NCBI GenBank assembly: GCA_037447605.1
Contig: CM074804.1
Coordinates: forward strand, 8,347,909 to 8,411,908
Direction of reading: 5' to 3'
Source of the DNA: Zygnema circumcarinatum SAG 698-1b
Lineage: Eukaryota; Plantae; Zygnematophyceae
Length of the DNA stretch: 64,000 nucleotides
This document shows, one piece after another, positions 13,611 to 26,319 of the stretch. The translations under genes and the position numbers were made by a program. The notes beneath the pieces were generated by a model. It was given only the letters and a program-made list of their open reading frames with translations. It was not told where the DNA came from and did no database searches. The number at the start of each line of letters is the position of its first letter. Within the stretch, counting starts at the first letter, position 1.

Positions 13611-16600
13611 TCATAGGTAGAAGTTGGGAGTGAAGAAGAGGGAGGGAAATGTCCCTGCGCTGTTTGGCAGCAGCATGAGCACGCTCCCTCCCAGCAGTAT
13701 CCAGCCGAGCACTGTCCTCCCCCGCCCGAGGGGCTCCACCTCCTGCAGGGCGGGCATCTCCTGCCCGTTGCGGAAGAAGAGGAGGACAAAGCCGGCAGTG
13801 AGAGAGAGCACGCTGCCACATATTCCTCCTATTCCCAAAAGAGTGGTCGATATGAAGGAGAGTCGCTTTGCTCTCCGGCGCCCAAAGAGAGCCTGCAGTC
13901 AACAAAAGCAGGCATTGATCAGCTTCTCAAAGTAGGACTCAGTTTTCTCAAACCCTGAAAGGTTGGGAGCTCCCTGTGGGGTGCTGGAATGTGAGAAATC
14001 GAAAGAGCTAAAGACACAGCCAGAACGATGTATGGCGTATGGTAACCATGGTATGTGGTCGTGTACATATATGTGATGAAACCATACCATGCATACGCAT
14101 GTGGCTATGAGGAGCGCCTCTCTCTCACCTGTGCTAGTCGGCCTCCCTCCAACTGTCCTGCTGGAATGAGATTGAGAGCTGTCATGACAAGTCCCATTAG
14201 GCCTGCGAATGCGAGTGGGTTGACGGGAACTCCGACTCCCTCTACAGCGTGAGGGAGAACATTGCCGAGCTCGTCTTGATATGGGCCGATAACATACTGA
14301 ATGAAGGATAGAAGCAGGTTCGGTTGGAAAAAACTTGGCTCCACATAGCTGCAACAATCAAGTAAAAGCAAGTGTGAATGGACTAAAATTCTAGAAAAAT
14401 GCAAGCCTCAGCATCGGTCCCTTAAGCTTTGCTCAGCAGGTAAGACTAACTAAACACATGAAAGGGTGGGAATTGAGAATGCAGCGCAATGCTGTATCGG
14501 AAGAGATCTGGGAACCCCCTTGGAACTGTGTCACATTCCCTTAAGCTTATAGCAACATACAAACGAACGAATGATTCAGTTCACGGTGACTTAAACTTCA
14601 TAATTGGTCGTGAATTATTAGAAGTAGAATACCCTAAGCCATATATAAGAAAAAATTTACAAACTAGAAAGATTAATCCATTCTGCCCACATCCATAGCG
14701 GGTATCAACTCATCAACTTACAGAGGATTTGGTCCCCCATTGACTCCCCCATCCCCTAAGAAGGCGAGGATTGCCAACACGAGTCCCGTGACTCCACTTC
14801 CAACGGCTCGAGCCGCCGCAATGTCAAAAAGAGCTTTAGTGCTGGGAAGGACCGATTCAAGCCTTGTGGCGACTCCCAGGCAGCCCAACCCTCCCGAGGG
14901 GAGGAAAAAAGGAGGGCTTAATTTCACCCCATATCTCTCAGCCATGGTTCGCTGAAAGATCTGCATTCAAAAGTATGGCAGTAAAGAGACCAAAATGCTC
15001 TAAGAAGAGGGGGGAGGAGGACTGGGGAAAGGTCTCCCTTTATTCCCAAAATAAGGAAAGGAAAGCTGTGGAGAGGAGTAGTGGGAGAGGAATACTAAGG
15101 CTAAGTTCAGAGAGAGGACTTCAAAGGACCCATCTCATGGTGGACCCATCTCTCAACGAACTCCAAAGGGGAAACATGACTACATATTGGACAGAGGAGA
15201 GGAGGAGAAGGAGGAGTTCTGACCTCTCCCACTCCGAGTACGATTCCGATTCCGAGTCCGAGAGGGAGACTGTGCTCCACAAAGCTTCCAGTATTGAGAG
15301 GATCCAAATTCACTCCGGCAAGGGACCCAACAGTGAAGATTGTTGCAGCTCCCGTTACGGCTACTAGGGGCCACCTCGCAATGCCACTCATTCTCGTAGT
15401 AAAGAGACGAGCTTCAACATCAGCTAAAGGCTGAACGACACAGACCTGCACAAAAGGGTCGAATGTCTGCTGCTTATTAGGGAGGAGAAAGTTGGTTTCT
15501 ATGTATGGATTTCTATGTGTGCCCCCTCCTCTCACGCAGTCTTTCTTGGCAACCCCCCCACCTCTATCTCTTTCTCTTTCTCTTTCTCTCTCTCACATTG
15601 ATGTGAAGCATAAGATCAGAGAACGCAGGCCTCTTGCAATGGCCCAACTGGTTACAAAAAGTAGCTCACATAGAAATACCTGCAATTCAGTCAACCTCCG
15701 TTCTGATTTGCTCCCAAATGCAGTCACTCTCAAGATCAGAAGAATTTCCTTACTAATCCAGCCAAGAAAAAGGGGGCCCTTAGACGAGAAAATTCCAAGT
15801 GGAATTTCACCTGTTGATCGGTGATCTCGTCACGTAAGAAGAAGGCGAGAATTGGCACCCCTGCCTTCTCCTGCAACTTAGCCTGAAGCCGAGGAATAAC
15901 TTCACTTATGGGCCCACGAAGGTTGCCTTCAAATAGGGCTCCGTTTCCATAGCTCCGAGAGCTGGTCGGCCAGAAGTCAGTGTACGAAAAGCACTCTCGC
16001 AGCTGTGCATATCGGAGAGAGGGAGAGGGAGAGGGAGAGGGGGAAAAAAAAACCCATTACACAATTTTACATCGCCTTGTCACTTAATTTCTTGCTTGAA
16101 AATTCGTAAATTCTAACTCAAATCTTTTCGAGGAAAGCGAGAAGGAGCAGGTCGACCCTCTCATGTTTTATTAACACAAAAATGAAATAGAATTGCGTGT
16201 ACTTGTGATCTCTACTCACTGCTGCTACGTCGAGATTATCAATGTCTTGAAGCTCCTCCTGGCGAGAAATAAAGGACCCGTCCATCGCCCTCCCAGCTTG
16301 CCGCATATTGAAAAAGAGACTCCCTAAAGGCCCCCTTCCAAATAATCCCCTCCCACTGATCGCTCTATTTAGGGCCCTCTGCTGCCTCTCAACTTTGGCT
16401 TGAGCCTCTCTCAGCTCCCGAGCCAATAGAGCCGATCGCTCTTTCTCAGCCCGTAGAGAATCCTGCCAAAATTCCAACATTTGAGAGGCTTTGAGGGACC
16501 CAAGATTGCTTCATGAGATCGACAAGACATGGGAACATGACTAGGGGGGGGGGGGGTCAGACTTGGTTTCCAGTTATGGAATTCGAGTTTGCTTAATACT

Positions 16601-17689
16601 TAATACTAGGCATTGTTACTATACATGGTCAGAATCGGTAGCAAACAGATTCGGATTCCATAGACATATACCTTTGCAGCTACAGATATCCATCCATGCT
16701 GACCTGAAAATTAGCCTTCTCATCGGCGCTCTTTGCTTCATCAAACGGTTGTCCCTCCGAAAGGTTCTCGACATTAGACTCCAAAGGAAGATCATCCCCA
16801 GGGAGAGTGGTGCTGCTCTGAGGAGACCTAAGGTCCACCTTCCTCCCCTTCTGGTTATCCGATTTTGTTTCTTCGCCTTTGTTTGAGGCCTGCACTGTCA
16901 CTGTTCTTGAAGGGCCAGAACTCGAATACAGAAGGGCAGGGAATCTGCAAGTTGCATTGTCACATGCCCAAGTGGGTCCAAAAGTTGAAGACTTCACCTG
17001 AATCAACAGACAACCCAAGCAGGGGAAGGATAAGATAGAATGTTATCTCCCATCCGCTCCTCTTCCTATCTCTCTCTCACTCTCTCCCCTTTACCTTCTC
17101 CCCACCTCACTTCTCTCCCCTCTACCCTCTCTCCACCTCACTTCTCGCCATCTCCCCCACCCTCCTCCATTCCTCTCTCTCTCTCCCCCTCCCTCCCTTC
17201 CCCTCTCCCCCTTCTCTCTCCTCTACCCTCTCCCCTCCCAACTTTTCTCGCTTTTCGCAACCCCCCCCCCTCCCTTTTCTCTCTCTCTCTCCCTCCCTTC
17301 CCCCCGCCCCCCTCCACCCCCGATGGCTAATTCTTACTACTCTTCGGAAATGCCTCGTCTTTTCAGATTGACCTCCATCTCTTTACAGTCTACACTGTTA
17401 GCTTGCTTTGGGCTCGTCTAATTTTCATATCTCACTCTCATGAAGGGAGAGTCTCCCTCTCTCATCGTTCCACCCCTCTATTATGAGCAAGAAGTTTTTT
17501 ATCGCATTCACCTTTGAGGTAATCAAGCAAGTAACCCCTCTCTTCCTGCTATAATAATGCAGTCAATTCTACCTGCAAGAATTGAGAATGCAGCCGAGAA
17601 TGGTGCTGCTTCTCAGGACCCCCACTTGCCAAAGAAGCGAAAGAATCTGTCCTTAAGTAGGAACTCGGCTGAAACGCAATTGCAGCCAT
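13611..17689 (-). CDS. EGY3: EGY3-like chloroplast M50-family (site-2) protease homolog lacking HEXXH, multi-exon
   Basis: Exons include [100 protein letters not shown] and the C-terminus [18 protein letters not shown]...LLPNSAGTF...FYL*. GVGEIFQRTM occupies the HEXXH position. A transit-peptide-like start ([14 protein letters not shown]..., ATG 17689) was inferred by splicing, with a probable 5'UTR exon near 18530-18620. Confidence 0.88.
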
Positions 17690-18530
17690 TCAGATCCTCT
17701 GCGATTGATATTATCCTTTATTCTTTATAAAAGCGTCTGCAACCAAATCAGGATGCTTACATGTGAGCAAGATGAGCAAGATGGGATGGGGAAAGGAAGC
17801 CACTTTTCCGCAAGGAGCCAGACATATAATCATGTAGCAATAACAAAAAGGAGCATAAAGTCAGCCACCAATACAATTCAGAGCTTATTAATAAGAGCAC
17901 GATGTGATTGTAGGCAAAGCCTGTATGAGTTCATCAAACCAAGTTGAATGGATAGACGGTGTCAGTTGGGAAAAAAAAGGCCCCAAAACAATGCAGGCAC
18001 TCGCACTTGCTAAGCGTTTCTTGGGCTGTTCATGATACTTAGAAGCCCTCTCTGCATTTGCTGATGCATTCATGCGGTTATGCAAGAAACTGGCTTGACA
18101 TAATTGAGAAATTTTCGAAAATTGAGTCATAAATATACGCTCGAATTGTGAAAGAAACATTTCTTCAAAAGTAACATCACTTCAAAAGAAATGCTTGAAA
18201 AAAAATGCTTTGCTCGTCAAATTCAGCCCGCAAAGGCCGAACTTGAGTGCAACCAACGAGCTGTCTGCAGGCCTCATTATGCTTAAACTTAATTTAAAGA
18301 CGAAACTGGTCTGGCTTCGTAAAGAAGAGGTTAATGGGCAGTTGTTAGTTGCAAGCCAAAACATGTTCATTAAAGATGACGAAATGTGAATGTTTCTTGC
18401 TGTGAGTGCTTGAATTCGCACTAACTGCAATATTTTTTGGAGCAGTATTCAACAAAGTTGAAGAAGCGCTTCTGAATTCATACGAGAATTAGGAATTAAT
18501 TTACTCTTAAAACCTTCACAAGCAGCTTAC

Positions 18531-18579
<49 letters not shown>

Positions 18580-18666
18580 GAAAGAGAAAGTGACGAGGCA
18601 GGGAACAAGGCAGGGATCCACCATGCGGCTTTGTTCAAGGATCAAGTTCAATTGTTCAATACTGTA

Positions 18667-19159
18667 CAGTCTAATCACGTTATAGTGACTGTGTCGGTCC
18701 CCACATATTTGTGTCACTATATCGGTAATGACCCGTTTGTCATTTCACATTTATAGTAACTATGTTATTACATATGTTTTTGCGGTGTATCCGTACGACT
18801 TTGATACCGTACATTGTACTTTATGGGCAGTCGTCACGTGGGTAGGTGTGTACGAACCCTAGTGAGCATGTGTACGGACAAGCTGATATGTACGGCAAGT
18901 CAAGTTAAGTCGATATCTGACGATATTAGTCGATAATGTGTACGGTCGTAATATATTTGTAACGCATATTCCAATACGTGGGTGGATAATATCGACATTT
19001 TGAATATATAGTAACAATCAGGGTTTTTCAACGTCATTATATCCGTAATGGCGTCACTACCGGCGCAGGATCGGCAGTGGTGCAATTCCGTTCCCGGAAA
19101 AAGAGTCAGTATATCCCTGCTGTTCTTATAAACAGTGTCACTATAACGTGATTAGACTG
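18667..19159. mobile_element. Tc1/mariner-type non-autonomous element (MITE), 493 bp
   Basis: Perfect 23-bp TIRs, CAGTCTAATCACGTTATAGTGAC (18667-18689) and GTCACTATAACGTGATTAGACTG (19137-19159), are each flanked by TA (18665-66, 19160-61). There is no transposase ORF inside. Confidence 0.85.
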
Positions 19160-19324
19160 TACTGTAGTTCAGGCCTTTCAAGGAATCCTGCAAAAAATAT
19201 CTTTGAAGTGAATCTGCCCGAGATCCACAGCGCATGTTCAACCAAGAGGAGGTGGATCTGGACATTTTTTCTGATCCAGATCAACGACAAGAGCACGTGG
19301 TCCTGTCACGTCACTTTCCATGGG

Positions 19325-19343
19325 CCAATCCGCGTCAGACACG
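19325..19343 (+). promoter_or_regulatory. CCAAT-N10-CACG (plant ERSE-like NF-Y/bZIP composite) upstream of EGY3-like gene
   Basis: ccaat-ccgcgtcaga-cacg(tg), which includes a full G-box CACGTG. Function is untested. Confidence 0.4.
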
Positions 19344-19480
19344 TGTCGAAACTAGTCTTTGTACGGTACTGTACCATTCTTCCACATAATTGTACGGACT
19401 ACCGTTGTTTTGGCGGTCGGCTCTTCGTGGTTCTCTATCTCGGTTTTTGGGCCATATACATTTTTACCGTAGATGGCAAA

Positions 19481-19556
19481 TGTACAGGGACAAAGTCGAC
19501 ATGGGGAACCACGAGGAACCAATCAGTCACAGAGGACCCAAAGACCATAGAAAAAC
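19481..19556. repeat. Dispersed short repeat, copy B (related to 774-835)
   Basis: See copy A. In addition, the reverse complement of 19617-19637 (gaggccatcaaatgtacatgg) matches 762-782 (gatgccatcaagtgtacatgg) at 19/21. Confidence 0.6.
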
Positions 19557-20257
19557 ATTATGAACTCGTTGACTTTCTTTCTTCCTTTCATTTTTTCTTT
19601 CTTTCACTGCCATTTTCCATGTACATTTGATGGCCTCGCCATCGTGAGATCAATGCCATTTCCTTCTACCTCATTTTCCCTTTCTTTCGGTACAGGAAAG
19701 AGATCGAGTGGCTGGTGGCGTGGTCGCTGGCAGAGCAGAGGTCCAAACATCCAAACATTTGGCATTTGAGAGCAGGCGCTGAAGTGAAGTTGCAGCTTAA
19801 GCATTGGAGAATTGCGGGCGAAGGTGAAGAGACGGCTCCTTTGAAGAACATCGCACGCTACCAGTCACAGGACAGACCACACCATGGGAAGTTTGAAATT
19901 GAGGCTGAGAATGATATTCACGCTTTTTTTTTTTTTCATTAAAATAGTAAAGACTTTAAACAGAGTATGTACATTTGAGTGAAAGCAAAAGCAAATCAGA
20001 GCGACAAAAAACATGGTAACGCGAAAAAAGAAACATATCCACGCCCTCTCCCCCTCCCGTCTCAACACACAAAATATCGCCATTATTCACTCACTACAGC
20101 ACCCCACTTTGAGAAGCTCTTTCCTGACAAAATCCCCTCCTTCCTCTCCCTCCTTCCTCGCCCTCTCCCTCTCTCTCTCACTTTCTAAAGCTAAAACATT
20201 CTCGACAGCGTTCTTCACACTCCATGCGTGGCCCCTTATGCATAAATAATTCGTCCC

Positions 20258-22560
20258 TTAACGGTCGGGCGAAAGCAGGCGTTCGATTTCCTCCAGCGAG
20301 CGGCCCTTGGTCTCTATGATAAACCCTTGCGTGAAGGCTACCGCCACAACGCACACCGCGGCAAAGCACGAATACAGTACGGGCACTCCCCACAGCTTGA
20401 GCAGTGGCAAGAACGTGAGTCCTATAAGGAAATTAAACACCTGCGCCATGAACAAGCCTCGCCTGCATGTCAGTTCTTCTTCACTCTCCCCCTTACCCCT
20501 CTCCTCTTCTTTCTCCTCCTCCTCCTCCTCCTCCTCCTCCCCATTTGTCTCCTCCTTTCCTTTCCCTCTCTCGCCCTTTCCCTCTCCGTATCCCTCTGTC
20601 ACTCTCCTTTTTCTTTCCCTAACAGGTCTCCTCCAAACTAGCCTTCAGTTCCTCTAAGATCCTCCTCCACGTATGTCACAAGTCCTCATGCAGCATTCTC
20701 TCAATCATTCTATCAATTATCCTTAATTCCGCTTGCAATCCTCCTCCAAACTTCACTACGTTTTTCCTCAATCATGACATTGAAAACAACAAATTACAAT
20801 AGAATGTTTCGATATGAAATTACTTGCAGCTGATCTATACCCACATTGCGAAGCTGTGGTTTGAAGGTCAGTTTATGGCTCTCCTTCCTGAAAGATGTCC
20901 ATTAAGAGACTATCACCCAACAATCTATGGACAAAAACCGTCATACCATCGTAGCGGTGCTTACCCAATGGACACACATGGACACAGCCATGGCTTTTGC
21001 TCTTATTCGACTTGGAAAGATTTCAGGAAGAAGCAACGCCGGCACAGGACCCGCTCCCATAGTGAATGCTACCACATACCTGTACAAGGGAAAAAAAGAT
21101 TAGTGCGGCAAAACGAAAGAGGAGATAAAGGGGAGGGAGAGGCTGCCAGCAAGCAGTTTAGAATCGACTGCGCAGCATTTTAAAATAAGCTTTATGGCCG
21201 CAATTTGTAGTCTTCCAGACGAAGAACTCTCTCACTCTCTCGCTGTTACATTCTAAGCGAGGACGCGAGAGGGGAGCCGCATTAGGGCACTTACGCAAGC
21301 GTTCCTGTAACCGACACGGCAGGTGCTATTGCCTGGAGTGAGGGCAGAGCTTGAACCACAGCTTGGATTGCCATAGAGAGAGCCTGCGCCCCCGACCCAG
21401 GTACTATAGCTTAATAAACGAAGCTAAATCTGAAACGCCTGTAGAAATAAAAGTATCTAACACAATGGTGGCCCGTCAGAGGGCCATAGAAGAAGATTTA
21501 GATCCAGCCTATTTCACAACATGTCATCGGTCATGACAGGGCCAATAGGGTCATGAGGCCCTATTTCTCAGTCATATTCTTGAGCCTATTGTGCTCCCGG
21601 AACAGGCTAAGCAATCATTCTCTTACAAATACAATATGCTGAAAACTGAAACTGGAAAAACCGGAAGCATGTGCACGTTTCTACAGTTAATATATATATG
21701 GGGAACTTGCTTACCATGCCAGCATAGCTCCACGACATCAGCTTTTTGCGGCCCAAGCGGTCCATCAGCAGAGTTGAAAGCAGCGCAGCTGAAGGCCAAA
21801 CCCGAAGTAATAACCAGAGATTATATGGGAGAGGAAGGGAGGGAGGGCGGGATTAGGGAATCGCGTGCTCAACTGAAAAAGAGGTAAACCGCACATGCCT
21901 ATTACGAAAACAACCGAACTCTCGAGGGAAAAAGAGGTAAACCGCACATGCCTATTACGAAAACAACCGAACTCTCGAGGGAAAAAGAGGTAAACCGCAC
22001 ATGCCTATTACGAAAACAACCGAACTCTCGAGGGCTGCTTAGAAACCTACCTAGCAGATTGACGATGCCCATGACAGTGGACGCTGCCATGTCGGACTTG
22101 ATGCCTGCATTGTTGAAGATCGTCGACGAGAAGTAGAAAATTGCATTAATGCCCGCCAGCTGCTGCAGGCCGAAAACCGCCGCACCAATAGCTACCACTG
22201 CAAATTACAAAACCCTTCTTCATCCGTAAGAAGTTTAAGTCGATGACAAAGCCAAGAATCAAGACTCCTGCGAAAAAAACTGGCCACGACAGCTATACGT
22301 AAAGAACAGGCTCGTCTTTGGCACCTTTAATGTAACGTTGGCTGAGTAGATCTCGCCACCGAACTTCCTTCCCATCTTCTTCGGAGCTGCCTCCTCTGAG
22401 GTCAAAAATAGCCGACTTCACTTGGCTGGCACCCCACAATCTCTCCACTGCCCTCTCTGCCTCATTCCATTGACCTTTCTGCCACCCCCAAAAAGCAGCG
22501 CAAGTTGAGTGGAACGGGAGAGAAGGAGAACTAAACAACTAGAAGAAGTAAAGAACAAGC

Positions 22561-22637
<77 letters not shown>

Positions 22638-24898
22638 AGAGAGAGAGAAATACTTTCCTCATCATGCAGAGTTCAACAATCCAGCATGCATAAGGTTGAG
22701 TCTGTGTTTGTTCGCCCCCTTTCCTTAATATGTAAGCTTGCTTTTAGTAATTGAAGTAAAGGAGTGTGATAGCGTTACCTTCGCAAGCCAGCGTGGACTC
22801 TCAGAGCAGAATTCCATGCCTAATATAAGCAAGGCAGCCGGCACCGTAGCAAACCAAAAGCAAGCCCTCCACCTGCATCATGTTTGCAGAATGAGCAGCA
22901 CGCAGACAACTAAATGACAAATCCGGATTGGTGGGCCCTTCATATGAGGATTTTGACAGGATTTCTTGAGTAAAATAAGACGTACTGCATGCATTTAGCG
23001 AGATTTTAGTGAAACCGACCAGCCAGCGATGTACGGTAGAGGAAGGCTGGCAATAAGGGCGAGCAAAATTCCGAAGCATGTAGAGACTTGTGATAAGCAG
23101 CCAAAAGTTCCGCGTTGGGCAGTAGGAGAAATCTGCATATTAAACACACCAACTCGATATTAAGTTCTTCAAGTCAAACCACTTTTGTTTGCGAAAACTT
23201 TGAACTTGCATAAGACTGTGCAATTCACTTCTCTGGAAAAAGACAACGTCAAAGTGCTCTCAGACAATGTTGTAATTCAGCATAGCAGCCGTTTTGCAAA
23301 CTAAACGGCTGAGAAGAATTGTAGACGGGAATAGAGCTTTGGTCCTGTCCTCAGTTAAACTCAGTCCTTACTATAGTGATTCGTCTGAAATGCAAACCAC
23401 TCACTTCTGAGACGTAGAGCGCCATAACCGGAATTGAGAGGCCGAGTCCCGCACCACATAGACACCTTCCCGCAAGCATGGGCCATGCCGAGCCTGCCAT
23501 TGCACTGCCCACAAGAAACACAAACACGTGAGAGAGGCAGGGTGGGGGAGAGAGGGAGCGCGAGGGGGAGGGGAGTGGAGCGAGGAGGTGAAGGAGGAGG
23601 AGCGAGGCAAATAGAAACAAAAGAGATAGGCAATTGTTTGAGTTATTGCAGCTTTGAGACTGGTGCTGTATTGACAAGCTACCTCAGGAGCGTTCCGGCG
23701 AGTATGGGAAGAGCGGAGAGCTGCAACGACCTTCGCCTTCCGAGGCCATCAGCGACAGTGCTGCTAATGCAGCATCCAAAGAAAGCTCCAAACAGAAAGA
23801 TGCTGACAACAAGTCCTGCGTTCCCCCGTAAAATGAAAAATGAAGAGGAGATATGAGGAAACCGAACAACAGCTAAGGCCATACAATTCGACAATCTATT
23901 GCTACTTGCAGCACATAAGTCTCATCAACATTGCCAGGAACTCCTCTCGCGGTGTGCAGCTAATGAATGACCACTGAAGTGAGAATTCCGTGTCCGTTCA
24001 AGAGGTGCAGGCGGCTAATCACCTTGAAGCAAAGCATTTCCAGCAAAGCCGAGATCTCGAGCAATGTATCCCAGAGGCCCGTTAACGATTCTGCCAGAAA
24101 TACAAACGAAGACAGTTTCATGAGCTTACACCTGGTTTTGCTATTATCTATGGGACATCCCGGATAAGCGAAAGAAGCTACCCTGCGTTCACAACACTGC
24201 AGTACCTGTTGCAGAAGTCACACCTGCAGCTCGGACATTCAGCGATTCTGTCACGTAGATATCCGCTTTTACGTTTCAATTTTTCTTATTTTGTAAGACA
24301 TCGAGTGAGAAGACTTTACCAAATGTCCTGATTCGAAGGCTTACCCCATGTGATAACCAAATAATGCAGCTGCGATGCATGCGACCAAAATGTTTTGCAA
24401 CGCCCGTGTCCATGGTGCGGTGGGAGCCCCAGAAATTTGAAGAGGCTGGTAATCCGCAGCCAAAGCTGCATTCACAAAAAAGGATGAAGAACCTTAAACC
24501 GCTTAGATTCATCCACCTTAAGACCGGTGGTAGTGTCGTTTAGGGAAAAGTAGTAAACTAAAATCTCACCTACGATTCTGCTACTGAGAGTGATCCAAGT
24601 TAGGCAGTCAAACACACTGATTTGGTGTAGGAAGAATAGAAGAGGCATTCCACCGGAAAACAAGCGCAAAAAACTGAGAAAGCTTTGAATTGTGCTCCGA
24701 TCCGTACAGATAGTCGACAAGGACAAGCGAGATAAGAAACAACAAGCAAAAATAAGGAAGGAGAAGGCATGCACCTCCCGCTGCGACACTGTTGCCATGC
24801 CCTCCGACATACTCTACGTTTACTTGCTGTCCATTGAAGGATGGCGCCCGCCTGTACGCCCAGTGTTGTGATCCCGAGGGTGTGTTACCAGTCGGCAT
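20258..24898 (-). CDS. Probable plastidic glucose transporter-like MFS sugar porter (pGlcT-like clade), multi-exon
   Basis: Spliced exons give LVACIAAALFGYHMG-IVNGPLGYIARDLGF, GLVVSIFLFGAFFGCCISSTVADGLGRRRSLQ, GRCLCGAGLG, FGLQQLAGINAIFYFSSTIF, YVVAFTMGAGPVPALLLPEIFPSRIRAKAM, VFNFLIGLTFL and IIETKGRSLEEIERLLSPDR*. The start Met (24898) is inferred; upstream exons are possible. Confidence 0.92.
21875..22033. repeat. Exact tandem triplication of a 53-bp unit in an intron
   Basis: gaaaaagaggtaaaccgcacatgcctattacgaaaacaaccgaactctcgagg begins at 21875, 21928 and 21981 with no spacers. Confidence 0.95.
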
Positions 24899-26257
24899 TT
24901 TCTTCTGTGAGGACTGGAAAATACAAACATCAATTCCTCATCAGAATGCCACGGCCAAAGCTCCATAGGTTCGTTCACTCAAAAATGAGAATTCCAAAGA
25001 TCAGTTGGACGAACAATGCGTTGGAGTCTCCAGCATCAAAGCCACGAAAGTCCTCAAGCTCATAAACTTTCTATCAGGCGCAAAAACAAAAGCAGATATT
25101 GCCGACAAGGTGATGGAAAAAACAGGGTCCAAAACGTTTGTTCTTACCACATGACTGCTACTATCATGATCCGACTTCATACAGCGCGTGGCAGATTGCC
25201 TTCCAAAAAGGGCTTGATCTCCACTAGTAAACAGCTGTATGCAGTCTGCTCCTTTGAGAGAGTGAGGGGATTTTAAAGCCCTCTTTGATGGGTATGCTCC
25301 TGCAAATGTAGCACCAGTAGATGAATTCTGTAAGTCGTGGGACTCTACTTGAGGTTCGATTTGCCCTGCCTTTTGAAATCTAAAAACTGAAGCCAATTTA
25401 TTGACCTTATGCGCCCGTGCAGTTAAGAAATTCAATGCGTGCAATATAGTAACGCAATTACTACAAAAGGATACAAAATATCACACAAAAAAGTCCTTCT
25501 CAACTTAATGTTTCGAGTCCTTTTTGGATCCTCGCATCTGAAACATGACCTTCAGTCCAGAATTAAAAGGTAAGTTCACTTCGTTCGCCAGTCGTGAACA
25601 GACGAAGGATCATTATTCCTATCCTTATTCCTTATTCCTATGTTGAGATATGTCAAAACGTTCAAATCTCCATTGAATATCTCCACATTTCCATTTCCCA
25701 TTAAACAAGGTAGATTCTTTTTTCATTTCAGACTCTACAAATTTGACACGCCTACCGACGGTCTACGTGCAAGAAATGTACTGAAATATCCACCAAAGTT
25801 CAGTCTGTCACTACTCTCCTATCAGCTTCCTTGCCTGAAATGAAGGAGAGAAAGCGAGAAAGATTAAAGGATTGGAAGCTGTGATGAGTTCATGTTTTCA
25901 ATGATAATTCTACAGGAGGAAAGTTCAAGCGTTTAACCAATCCAATATAGACTTCGAACTCATTGCTACAAAAGAAATCGTGTCGAAGCAAACAACTACT
26001 TCGGTAAAGGACTCGGCAACCTGAATCGTAGGTCCTGACCAAATGACTGCAGGTACTGAAATCAAATGGAAAGCAAACGCACCAACACAGCGAGACGATG
26101 AGATCGCGTGCTTGCATAAACAGGACCCTCCGTCATACACAGTGGTATTACGACGGTTTCTGAGACCCTTGGAAGTGGTAGAAAGGGAGTGAAGCCCGTC
26201 AGGCATAGGCCTAGCTACAGTCGCAGCACTCTCTGGCAACATTCCAACTGATGATGA

Positions 26258-26319
<62 letters not shown>

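Noticed and set aside
14940-15290. Missing HEXXH in the M50 protease as a novel pseudoenzyme
   Set aside because: Loss of HEXXH is the known defining property of EGY3.
21875-22033. CRISPR-like direct repeats
   Set aside because: The units are contiguous with no spacers, there are no cas genes, and the context is a eukaryotic intron.
25406-25474. U12-type intron look-alike on - (GTATCCTTT donor, TTCTTAAC branch site)
   Set aside because: It is only about 69 nt long, the upstream flank is T-rich and intron-like, and one such 9-mer is near chance expectation.
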